From the NCBI RefSeq assembly GCF_009914755.1, contig NC_060930.1: DNA of 64,000 nt; one strand, 5' to 3'. Each line of letters opens with the position of its first letter. Within the stretch, counting starts at the first letter, position 1. The notes below the pieces were generated by a model that ran no database searches, was not told where the DNA came from, and saw only the letters and a list, made by a program, of their open reading frames with translations. Positions 19,690 through 31,451 of this stretch are shown one piece after another. This stretch comes from the human T2T-CHM13v2.0 reference genome, Homo sapiens. The position numbers were made by a program, and so were the translations under genes.

Positions 19690-19975
19690 TTTAGATTTAT
19701 ATCAACAAGATTAAGTTTTGTCTGTTTTTGAGTTTCATGTAAATGTAATCATACCATGCAACTCTTCCTCTGTATGGATTCTTTTGCTGATCATTGCGTC
19801 TGTGAGATTCATTTATGTCATTGCATTCTCATTTCTTATTGCTGAACATTCTTCTATTGTCTGTCTACATATGCCATACTTTTTTTTTTATTCTGCTGTT
19901 AGTGGACATTTGAGTCGTTTCTGGCTTAGGACTTCAATGAGTAAAGCTGCTATGAACATTCTTATAAATATATGG
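19690..19975 (-). mobile_element. Old L1M (ME-like) 3' fragment
   Basis: tgtgagattcatttatgt...ggacatttgagtcgtttc...aaagctgctatgaacattctt. Confidence 0.65.
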
Positions 19976-20792
19976 CATTGTCATGAAGAAAAATATCCTA
20001 GTGAGTATAGAAACTAATCTTTTTCTTATTCTGTGCTAATCAAGAGTACAGAATTTCCTGGCAGTTGAGAGGTTATCTTTAAATGAGTAAATTTAATTAG
20101 CCTGAAAAAATATTGACTACTACGTGAAGAAAGCTCTTTCAGCCAAGATGGTTTGCTCTGTTCTTACTGTTTTGTTTTACCTAGTTTTAAAAAGAGCGAA
20201 TTGAATACCTAAAATAAGAATTATTACTTAACAGAAAGCAATAGCAAGATGATAGTAACTTTATTTTGTTAGTTAAATAACCATTTACTACAATGCCCGC
20301 AAGCCTAGAAGAAGAAACCCGCCAGAGATGTAATAGCTTTTTAACACTTGCTTATTATCAAAGTAACTGTGATGATAAAGAATGTGTAGGTTGTAGCAGA
20401 AAACCATATTTTAGGTTCTATTACAGGCTTGTAGTAAATTGAAAACATTTTTTTCTTCATGGAATTTCTAAAATGTTTTTGCAATCATTTGAAGCTTTAT
20501 TGCAAGTGAGGCAATAAAAAGGGAAGAAATCCAATTACTTTATGTGCAAAGCTTTCATTTCCTAGTTAATGAAAGAAAGGCTTTTGTTCACTAAGCATGC
20601 ATGCTTTACAGTTCTTCTTAGTAAATTAGAAATTTCCTGAAATAGAAAATTAGGAAAATACTTCCTGAATATATACACTTTGATAGAGGGTAGTTTTACT
20701 AAGTTAAAGCTTATACTTAAGAATGTTGCAGCCCAGGTGAAAGGGTCAACAATTAGATTAGATGGGTCATTGAAGGTAATAAAAATAGCAAG

Positions 20793-21030
20793 CACATACT
20801 TTGTGCTTAATGTTTGTGAGGCATTGTTCTAAGCTCTTTAAATATATTATTTCGTAGTCCTCACAATAGTTATATCAGGTTGATACCATTATTATTCTCC
20901 TTTATGATGAGAACCTGAGAGACAGAAGTTTGGCAATTTATTCATGGTCACACAGCTATTGAGTAGGCTGTGCTGAGAATTGAATATGATCAGTCTGCCT
21001 TCAGAATATGTATCCTTAACCAATATGCTA
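20793..21030 (+). mobile_element. MIR
   Basis: ggcattgttctaagctcttta...gatgagaacctgagagacagaag...ggtcacacagcta...cttaaccaatatgct. Confidence 0.8.
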
Positions 21031-21117
21031 TATGGCTTTTCAGTCTATTTCTATAACATCCAAAAATAGGAATGGGAAGGAAAGAAGCAAGAAAAGGTAA
21101 GGGCAAAGGACCTCAAC

Positions 21118-22790
21118 TCTGTATCTTTGATTTTCTGCAGTTTGAACATGATGTACTTGGGTATAATTTTTTGGCCTTTTATCTTAGTTGTTGTTCTCTG
21201 AGCTTCCTGGATGTGTGGTTTTGTATCCAACATTAATTTTGGGGAAATTCTGTCATACTGTTTCAGATATTTCTTACGTTCAGTTCCTTCTTCTCCATCT
21301 GGTATTTCCATTACATGTATGTTACACTTTTTTAGTTGTCCCACAGTTCTTGGATATTCTTTTCCATTTCTTCAGTGTTTTTTTTTTCCTTTGCTTTTCT
21401 GTTTTGGAAGTTTGTATTGATATATCCTCAAGCACAGAGATTCTTCCCTCAGCTGTGTCCAGTCTCCTAATGAGCCCACCAAAAGCGTTCTTCAATTCTG
21501 ATCTCTTTATTTCTTTTTTAATCTTTCTTAGAATTTTCATCTCTCTTTATATTACCTATCTATTCTTGCATATTGTCTACTTTTTCCATTAGAGCCCTTA
21601 GCATACTAATGATAGCTGCTTTAAATTCATGGTCTGATAATTCCAACATATCTGCCATAATTGAGTATGGCTATGATGCTTGATCTTTCTCTTCAAACTG
21701 TGTTTTTTACCTTTTAGTATGTTTGTAATGTTTTAATGAAAGCTAGACATGATGTAGTGGGTGAAAGGAACTCAGATAAATAGGACTTTATTAATATTTC
21801 GGGGGAGGGGAAGTGTTCTATAATCCTGTGATTAGGTCTCAGTCCTTTAATGAGCCTGTGCCCCTATGTTATATACTTCACAAGTGCCTCTATCCTGCAC
21901 CCCTTAGGTGAGACAGGATGGCTGGAGGGGAGTAGAATTGGGTATTTTCCTTCCTCTAGGTAGGTTAAGCTCTAATAAAACTCCTAGCAGGTCAGGCTCT
22001 GGTAAAATAGTTTCTCTTCAGGGCAGGCCTTGTTAAAAAGAACAGAATGTTCCATCATATTTCAAAATACAGTTGTCTGTTGGTATTCATGGGGCATTGG
22101 TTCTAGGACCCCCTGCAGATACCATAATCCACAAATGCTCAAGTCCCTTATATAAAGTGTCATATTTGTGTCTAACCTATGTACATCCTCCCATATACTT
22201 TAAATAATATATAGATTACTTATAATACATAATACAATGTAAATGTTATGCAGATTGTTAGGCTGTTTTTTAATTTGTATTTTTTGTTGTATTATTTTTT
22301 ATTTTTATTTATTTTGGATATTTATAATCTGTGGTTGGTTGAATTCATGCATGTGGAACCCACAGATAGAGAGCCAACCGTAGTTATTTTTCAGTTCCCC
22401 CTGCCAGAGCCCAAGGGTTTTTTTTTTTTTTTAAATCTTCATTGTAGGAACCTGCTTGAGATCCTGGAGGTAAAACTCAGAAGGGTGAGGGCCACCCTAT
22501 GACCTGGATCCCCTGAAGTTTTAATCTCTCAGACTTGTCTATATTTGAGCCTCCAGCAGTTCATCAATTACAGTTCAGGTTTTCCTACCTTGGGACTGGG
22601 TTTCTATCCCCATAAGTTGATTCTGTCTATCTGCCTGCCTGTCTCTCTTGTTTTCAGGGCTACAGTTTGCCTTATGACTTCACTTCTTTGATAGGCTTAA
22701 AAAGAGTTGTTTATTTTCCAGTTCGTTCAGCTTTTTACTCGTTAAAACAGGATGGTGACTTGCAAGCTCCCTGCTTGCTGGACCAGAAGT
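21118..22790 (-). mobile_element. Old L1M 5'/ORF1 region, interrupted by MER2
   Basis: Minus ORFs ELKNAFGGLIRRLDTAEGRISVLED (ORF1 coiled coil) and KKCNIHVMEIPDGEE...HIQEAQRT...PKYIMFKL (ORF1 RRM). Confidence 0.8.
22070..22380. mobile_element. MER2 (Tigger) nested in L1M
   Basis: TA|cagttgtc ... gccaaccg|TA with a MER2 body. Confidence 0.85.
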
Positions 22791-22892
22791 GGAAAGTCTC
22801 ATAATATGAATCTTAATTATTATTTCAGCAGTCATAAGGTCAGTATGATAGCTATTATTATTATTATTTTACCGATCAAAAGCTTAGGCTCA

Positions 22893-23830
22893 CAGGGCTA
22901 GCTACATAATTTGCGGGCCCAGTGCAAAATGAAAATTAGAGACCTCTTGTTTAGAAAACAGGAATAAAAAGTACCGTTAAAGGTACTAAAATATAAAGCT
23001 TTTTTTTCTTCCACAGTCTCTGTACTTATGAAGGTATGTTTTTGTTACTTAATGTTGTTTTAAATCAAGAAAAATTAAAATTTTACATTCTTAATATGAA
23101 TTTTATTATTTATATTATGCAGTGAAGTTTTAATTGCAAACATAAGAGCATTTAACCCACATATGGAATCAATGAAATGATACACTTCATATTCTTAGCT
23201 TCCACATGCATATGTCACTTGTTCTTAGCAGAGCAGTGGAAACATGCAGAAACTAACTCTACTGTTTTTATTTCACTTCTTGATACACATATTTTCTATC
23301 AACTCTACCTTCAGTTTACCGATGAGGAAAGGAAAAAGAACTGTCGGCTGCCCTTTTTTCTTTCTCTGTCATCATTTTTACTGTATGTGTTGGCTAACAC
23401 AGGGAAGTGACATGAGTAAGATAGGATAGGATATTTTGGTCTTCCTTGTTTCTTAGAACACCATTGCCTTCTTTCTGCTTTTGAAGCAAGTTCTAATAGG
23501 AACAGAAATCATGGTCTCTTGCAGCTGTCAGTAACCCTGCTCACCCTGTCATAGAGCTAATATACTTATCTTGTATTCACTTGCAGTCTTGTACTGTGAC
23601 TCTGTGCTCATGGAGCATCATGAGCCCTGTATGCAGATGTACAGCAAGGAACAGTGGGGACACACATTGCGCATATATCCTGTGCTTAAGCTTATGTCCC
23701 ATCGGATTTACAAAATAGATATTCAAAGAGAAAATTATTACAAATTTCAAGATGGCCATAGGAAAATATTAAAGGTAGCATTGGGGCTCTGTGAGACTGC
23801 ATAGGTTGCAAACCTATGAAGCCAGCCATG
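22893..23830 (-). mobile_element. MER45-family (hAT-Tip100) element, ~940 bp, inserted into a MIR
   Basis: Ends cagggctagctacataatttgcgggcccagtgcaaaatgaaaat and ctgcataggttgc...tatgaagccagccatg. The MIR core is split around it (...aggctca | ttcagagatactaagtgacttg...). Confidence 0.75.
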
Positions 23831-25021
23831 TTCAGAGATACTAAGTGACTTGTTCACAGTCACCCAGCTGGGAAGTGTCCATGCTGGGGTTAAAAACTCA
23901 GGTGTTTGGCTAATTTTTTTCTTTCATAGTTTTGCTAATAAGTGGTATTATCAAAAACTACTTTTTTTTTTCCTTCTCTGCAAACCTCCAGAATACTGTG
24001 TAAAAACAAGAATAACAATAGTGAGATGAGTGTTAAAGATATAGCTGTAGGTATAGCCACTCCTGTTGGGTTTACTGCTTTTAAAAAAAATCTTGCTAAT
24101 TCACTACTGAGAGGTGACTGGGCATTTGTGTGCAATCCATAGAGTCTTACGAACAGGAGCTTACCATTGTCAAGAGAGGAACCTATTAATGACAAGTTTA
24201 GCAGTACTGTAGCCAATTCCTGTCTAAAGTTAAAGGCTCTAAGTATAATTATGATGGGTATTTCAAATTGGATACTTGTAAGAGTGAAAGCAGGCACTAT
24301 TAAACAGTTAAGTTGGAATAACAGGCATCAGCTGGAGTTATTTTGAGCAAACCAGGACTTGTGTTCACCTGCCTCTCATTCACACACATGCTAAGCCGAA
24401 TAAGCATGCCACTCCTGTGTGCCCCAGAAAACTTCTATTTTCTAACTCCATCATTACACTGGTCCACACTGAACCAGATTATGTTTGTGTCCATGTGCAT
24501 AACTAGAGTATGAGTTTAAGATTAGGAAACGTGTTCTTCATTTTTGTATCCCTAGTGCTTACTAGTCCTGGTATGTAACGATAAAATGTACTACTGCAAC
24601 CACTAGCAGCTACCATTTATGAAGCACTTATGTGCCAGCTACTGTGAAAGGGACTCTCTTTAAATTACTTTGCTTACTTCTCACAAAAATCCTGCAAAGT
24701 ATTATTTTAAGGAAACTTACCAGTGTAGCCATTCAGTATTTGGGATGAATAATAAGAAACTTTTTAGAACCATTTATAAAGCACTCTAGGTCATTCTTTG
24801 AGAAATGCTACAAACTAGGGAACCAGGAGATTAGAGATGGGCTCACGTCTTGATTTTCAGAAGGAAAATGTAGTGGATTATGAATGCTGTATCATTAAGC
24901 TTGACATGGATTCTATGCAAAATTCAAAAGGATTTTTTTTTTTTTTAACAACTTACTTCTTTTCCATAGTCTTACCAGCACTCACTGGTTGCCTGCCATG
25001 GATTCTTTAAGAACAGTTCCT

Positions 25022-25513
25022 GGCTGGCATGGTGTCTCACACCTGTAATCCTAGCACTTTGGGAGGCCGAGGCAGGTGGATTGCTTGAGCTTAGGAGTTC
25101 AAAACCAGTCTGGGCAACATGGTGAAATTCCATCTCTACAAAAAATTAGCTGGGCGTGGTGGCTTGTACCTGTAGTCCCAGCTACCTGGGAGGCTGAGGT
25201 GGGAGGATCACCTGAGCCTGGGAGGTCAAGGCTTCAGTGCGTGGTGATTGCACCACTGCACTCCAGCCTGGATGACAGAGTGAGGCTCTGTCTCAAACCC
25301 CAACAAAACAAAACAAAAATTAGTTGGGCATTGTGGTGCACGCCTACAGTCCCAGCTCCTTGGGAGGCTGAGGTAGGAGGGTCGCCTGAGCCCAGGAGAT
25401 CGAGGCTGCAGTATAGTGAACTGTGATCTTGCCACTGCACTCCTGCCTGGGCAACAGAGTGAAACCGTGTCTCAAAAAAAAAAAAAAAAAAAGAAAAAGA
25501 AAAGAAAAAAAAA
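25022..25513 (+). mobile_element. AluJ trimer (left arm plus two right arms)
   Basis: Left arm 25022-25140, right arm to 25294, linker, second right arm 25320-25473, A tail; acagttcct flanks both ends. Confidence 0.9.
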
Positions 25514-26798
25514 ACCCCACAGTTCCTGTCAGACTAAGCTTGCTTATTGGCCAAGATTCTTAAATATGCGTCTGGTCAAGATGTAGACAGGTGGGCCTGA
25601 TGATCAGATAGTAAGGTAGATTATGAACCGGATAGACAGCTATCCAATTAATAGAATTGATGTCAGTTTAGAGGAAGTTCTCTGCTTTCTTCAGGGGTCA
25701 ATACTGAACTTCATTCTTTTCAGCATTTTTATTAACTGTGGATATCTGTGCCATATTGTTCAAATTTTCAAATGACCAAGCAATAAAGATTAGTTAAGAT
25801 ATCAAATGACAGAATAAATCCCTCAGATAGTGTTAAAATAAATGCCAACAAATTGGATAAATGTAAAATTCTGAAGCAAATGTACCCAAACTTAACTGTC
25901 CTGAATATAGCACAAAAGAAAATGTCATTGAATTTTAGATGACCAAAGGTCTGGTATGAATTAATGGTCTTCTGTTGCTTTGGAGAAGGTCAGCTCCACA
26001 AATTTATTCCTCCATTTGTTTTATGCATGGCTGTAGCATAGAGAGTATGGCTAAATGGGTAGATGTTACAAATTGTCTGAAGAGGATACTTTCTAATATT
26101 TGTAATTATCCAAATGTAAAATATGCTATATCATCATATGCAGTGATTCCATAACACTGGAAGATTTTCTTACAGAGAGAATGGACGTGTAAGAGAGATG
26201 TTACAGTAGTGTTTTGTGTATCACATAATTCACTAAATGTCTTCAAGGCTGCTCCGACTTCTGCAATTTGTGTAAATCCTTGATAACTTCTCCAGCCCAG
26301 TGAGATACTGTTTGGGGCGGTAGTGTCCATAGGTCTTACAGAGAACATTTACTGAAAGATGTCCATATGATTGGGGAAATAAAATGTAGATTGTAATAAA
26401 TCCTAAAAATACAATTTAAGAAAGAATATTAAATTCAAAAAGAGTACTCTATGTGTTGACAGCTTTAATTTGTAAAAGATCTATATTATAAAGAATGGTA
26501 AACAGGAGAAAAAGAAACTAAAGATTTTGAATAAATAAGATATTGGGAATAAACAAGAATTATATGCAAAATTTTTTCTCACATAAAATAGTTTTAAGGT
26601 TGTATATAATTCAGTTTTGAAAGCATACAAATACAAACAGATATAGTAATTATAGCTATCAATCTATATAGGAATATAAGACTGGTTTTTATTAATGTAT
26701 TTATAGCATATAGTCAAAAGACTTTATTTGAGTAAACAACTAATGTAGGTAATATAGTGGATAATATTAACTCATGAATTTTTTACTGAAAATTTTAG

Positions 26799-26917
26799 TA
26801 AAGGTTAAACCTATGAAGATTTCAGTAGGTAATCAGATAGGATAGTATTCTGGGAATTAAAGGTTAAACCTATGAAGATTTCAGTAGGTAATCAAGATAG
26901 GTTAGTATTCTGGGAAT
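26799..26917. repeat. Tandem duplication, 59 + 60 bp
   Basis: taaaggttaaacctatgaagatttcagtaggtaatc(a)agatagg(a/t)tagtattctgggaat occurs twice. Confidence 0.97.
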
Positions 26918-27330
26918 TATGTGTTGTTGAGTAACTTGTTAGAAAATGTATCTCAGATAATCAGGTTCTACTGAGGCCGTAGATTAGTTTTTTCCTAAAG
27001 TATTGCTCTGACCACATCACAGTCACAAAGCCTCCCACCTACAACAATGGTGGTCAGATTTTTCTTCCTCACTGCAGTTCATATGCACAACATACTTCTC
27101 CAGGAGTAATATTTTTTCTTTTCACTACCCCCATTGAAAAACAGTGACATATATGAATGCTAGCTCTAGTTGGCTATTTATTTAGGTCCTTCCACATTGT
27201 GGAAATAGAATAAAAATCTTCAGATTCATCTTTTATTCCTTACATGTAGAACTAGAGGTCAGTCAGATACAAGCACCATCTAGCACCTTTCCCACTCAGT
27301 GTTCTTCACATGGTGCCATTGCCAATTCCA

Positions 27331-27575
27331 GGGAGGTCAATGCTTCAGTGAGTGGTGATTGCTCCACTGTACTCCAGCCTGGGCAAGAGTGAGGCTCTGT
27401 TTCAAACCCCAACAGAACAAAACAAAAATTAGCTGGGCATGGCGGTGCATGCCTATAGTTCCAGCTACTTGGGAGGCTGAGGTAGAAGGATCACCTGAGC
27501 CCAGGAGATCAAGGCTGCCGTGAGCTGCGATCTTGCCACTGCACTCTAGCCTGGGCAGTAGAGTGCACCGTGTTT
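27331..27575 (+). mobile_element. Tail-less partial Alu, apparent copy of 25220-25472
   Basis: Shares private sequence with the trimer, including the tcaaaccccaacaRaacaaaacaaaaattag linker. Confidence 0.85.
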
Positions 27576-27765
27576 CCTATTTGACTCTTTCCTATTTTTC
27601 CTACATACACAAAAGTTAATGTCACTACCTTTATAAAATCCTAATCACCCACGACTACCATTACCTTTGAACTTCAAAGAGTCATACTTTTCATGTGGTC
27701 TTTATAGTGTACCTTGAGTTAAAATTATTGGCATGCTTGCTCTGACCCTCTATCAGATTGTGTTT

Positions 27766-27938
27766 ATTTTTTTTTTCTGTTTTTTTCTTTGTCTTCTTTT
27801 TGTTTTTGTTTTTGTTTTTTTTATTTTTGAGATGTGTTTTTGCTATGTTGTCCAGCCTGTTCTCCAACTACTGGGCTGAAGCGATTCTCCTACCTCAGCC
27901 TCACACATAGCCGGAACTACTGTCACGTGCCACCTGGC
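27766..27938 (-). mobile_element. Alu monomer (FLAM-like) with a long T tail
   Basis: tttttgagatg...tgctatgttgtccagcctg...cctacctcagcctc. Confidence 0.8.
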
Positions 27939-29784
27939 ATGATTTTTTTAAATTGCAGTTTTCTGTTATGTCATTGTAAGAATATGCATGTATTGTTAAG
28001 CATTGGGTAAATATTTATTTTTAAATCTAATTTTTGATAGATAGAAATTATTCAGCAAAAGGCACCATGGTGCAGGGCAAGGAACCCTGTTAGGAGATTA
28101 ACCTTTGCCACGATAGCCACTTACGGAGCCTTTGGACAAATCATGTCATTTAATTTCCTTAATGTTAAAATGAAAAAGTTGAATGTAATACATTTTATGT
28201 TTCTTGTTGTTCTAAGATTCTAGGAATATTAAAGGAAACTGATTATAAATAAACTAAGTTATAATTTGAGATGTCAGTTTTAAAAGAAAATTTTGAATAA
28301 TTACCACTAGAACTTAGAAAATTGTATAGCTTTCCTATTGACTATATATTTATGCTCTTGTCTACATTAACTGGCCAGCTGAAGAATAGTGAATCACCTT
28401 CTAGAGGCTCAGCTGTTATGTCTGTTATTTAAAGGGCTAGGAAATGGTGGTAAATGTAGGAGTTGGGACCTAAATAGTTTTTTATTCAATTATATTCTGT
28501 GGGGTAGCGTTAATGAATCACAAAAAGATTGGGTAGTAAAGCTTCTGCTAATAAAAGCTTTAATAATTTGAACGAGACATCTGCTCAATGTGATTCTAAG
28601 GAAATTACATTTTATAAAATTGCTTTATCTAAGTAGACTTATGTTCTTGCTTGTTAGAAAATTTTGTTTAATAAATTATAGATTGCCTAATTTTATCTAC
28701 CCACAGTTGACTGCATTCTTCACTTATTAAAAGACAAATTTCCTATGCAATGTTTTCAATAGCAGCAGAATTTAAAGTGGAGTGAGTCTGTATCTGTTGC
28801 TTGCCATGTCTGAGATGAATGTGAGGTATCAAAAGGATGACAGTTAAATGAGGGAAGGTGTGGTCATCAAGGTATTAATTTACTGTTATCACACACTAGT
28901 ATCCCTGCCCATAAATCCTAACAAGATAATAGCATTTTTATTCTTAAATCTTCTAAAATTTGGCTTCCAGATATTATTTACTTTGTATTTATGTGATAGC
29001 TATATTTTAAGTATCTTAAATAATTGTATCTTGTAAGTCTTTGCAAAGTACAATACAGTTGGTATGCTACAGAGCAAAAGTACAAATTGATAGTTTATGT
29101 ATTCATGTTTGTTGTTTAAGGTTTACAACCTTTATGTCTTGAAAATATTGATAAAAATGACTTCTTATGTTATAGGCAAACCTGGAAAAAGTCAAACATG
29201 TTCTTGAAGACTTTTCCATTTTAGAAAGTTTTCAGGAAGACATAATCCATTACACATATGTCTGTGTCTGTTAACCAAAATATTTAATTGGAATACATTT
29301 TGGAAATCTGTTGTTCCTCTCTACACATTAACATTGGTGATTTATATTGTAAAGAAAGACAAAGAGAATCAAATGTGCTTTGCTGTAGAAACTAAGTAGA
29401 CTTTAGAGTGGCCATGAGACAGGATTTTTAGCATGTACACAGGGTACTGCTGCTCTCTTCTTGATTAATCTGGATTATTTAAATTGCCTTGTTGCTACAG
29501 ATACTGTAATGAGGGACAAGAAGAAAATTATTCTGAACTTCCTATCTTATTTCATGAGATTTGATTTTAATTATTTTAAATGTTTGGTTTTTGAAATGCT
29601 GGATTCTTCAATGTGACAAAAGAGAATTATCATTTCAACTGTCTCTTCCTAGTCCAATAGCTGAGGCCAGCCATGATTTTCCCCTTCAGTCAGAGACTGA
29701 GTACCTGTCTTGTCAGCTTTTAGAATATGGCAATATTAGGCATCCTAGCAGTGGTCATGATATAATGATTGGAAGTAGTCTTTT

Positions 29785-30842
29785 CTTATTTTTACTTTTT
29801 TTTTAACTTTTATTCTAGGTTTAGGGGTACATGTGCAGGTTTTAGTTATGTAGGTAAATTGCATGTCACAGGGGTTTGGTGTACAGATTATTTTGTCATC
29901 CAAGTCATAAGCATAATACCTGATAGTTTTTTGATCCTCTCCCTCCTTCCACCCTCCAACCTGAAGTAGGTCCCAGTGTCTGTTGTTCCCTTCTTTGTGT
30001 TCATGTATTCTCAGTGTTTAGCTCCCACCTATAAGTGAGAGCGTGCAGTATTTAATTTTCTGTTTTTGCATTAGTTTGCTTAGGATAATGGCCTCCAGCT
30101 CCATCAGTGTTGCTGCAGAGGACATGATCTCATTCTTTTTTATGGCTGTATAGTATTCCTTGTGTATATGTACCACATTTTCTTTATCCAGACTACTGTT
30201 GATGGGCATTTAGGTTGATTCCATGTCTTTGCTATTGTGAACAGTGCTGCGATGAACATACGTGTGGATATGTATTTATGGTAGAACAATTTTTATTCTC
30301 TTGGGCATATACCCAATGATAGGATTGTTGGGTCAAATGGTAATTCCATTTAAGTTATTTGAGAAATTGCCAAACTGCTTTCCACAATGACTGGACTAAT
30401 TTACATTCCTACCAGCAGTGTATATGTGTTCCCTTTTCTCCACAGCGTTGCCAGCATCTGTTATTTTTTAAATTTTTTTAATGATAGGCACTCTGACTGA
30501 TGTGAGGTGGTGTCTCATTGTGGTTTTGATTTGCATTTCTCTAATAATTAGTGATGTTGAGCATTTTTTTATACACTTGTTGGCTATGTGTATGTTTTCT
30601 TTTGAAAAGCGCTTATGTCCTTGCCCATTTTTTAACGGGGTTGTTTTTTGGTTGTTATTTCGTTTAAGTTCCTTATAGATTCTGAAGATTAGACCTTTGT
30701 CAGACGCATACTTAGCAAAAATTTTCTCCCATTCTGTAGGTTTTCTGTTTACTGTTGGTAGTTTCTTTGGCTGTGCAGACGCTCTTTAGCTTAATGAGGT
30801 CCCATTTGTCAATTTTTGTTTTTCTTGCAATTGCTTTTGGTG
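29785..30842 (-). mobile_element. 5'-truncated L1 (L1PA15/16-like) with a perfect 15-bp TSD
   Basis: L1 ORF2 C-terminus (EYYTAIKKNEIMS...MELEAIILSKL) and 3' UTR; TSD tggaagtagtctttt at 29770-29784 and 30843-30857. Confidence 0.93.
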
Positions 30843-31066
30843 TGGAAGTAGTCTTTTGATAGGCTTTGCCCACCTTGATTTACTGGTGATAGTATTGGGT
30901 TTAAATGTACAATGTAATGGAATAAAACACAACACCTAGCTATTTAAAAATTTTTTTAAAAAACATTGAATCTATGTGTGTGTGTATCTTTATTAGGGGA
31001 TTGCATGTTTTCAGGTTTTTTGGAACCTTCATAATGGCAGTATCTATGCAAAGATTTTCTTTATTC

Positions 31067-31451
31067 CATCTCAGTTTGTTTTGTGCTGCTGTAACAGAAT
31101 AGCACAGACTCATTTATAAACAAAAGAAGTTTATTTGCTCATGGTTCTGGAAGCTGAGATGTCCAAGAGGACAGCTCCAGCATCTGGTGAGGTCCCTCAT
31201 GCTGTATCATCCCATGGTTGGAAGCTGGAAGGGCAAGAGAGCACTTGAACAAGAGGGGGCCGAAATTGTTTTTATAACAAATTCACTCTCTTGATAACTA
31301 ACCTATGCCTGTGGTAATGATATTAATCTGTTCATGAGAGTAGAGCCCTCCTGACCTCATCATCTCTTACTAGACTCCACCTTTCAACACTGTTACACTG
31401 GGATTACATTTCCAACATGTGAATTTTGGGTGACACATTCCAACAATAGCA
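31067..31451 (-). mobile_element. MaLR solo LTR (MSTD/MLT1A-like)
   Basis: tgctgctgtaacagaatagcacagact...tcatggttctggaagctg...gacacattccaacaatagca. Confidence 0.8.

Noticed and set aside
25076-25440. 116-aa and overlapping ORFs (also 19082, 34019, 52950, 63466, 63675)
   Set aside because: Typical Alu translations with no independent evidence of coding.
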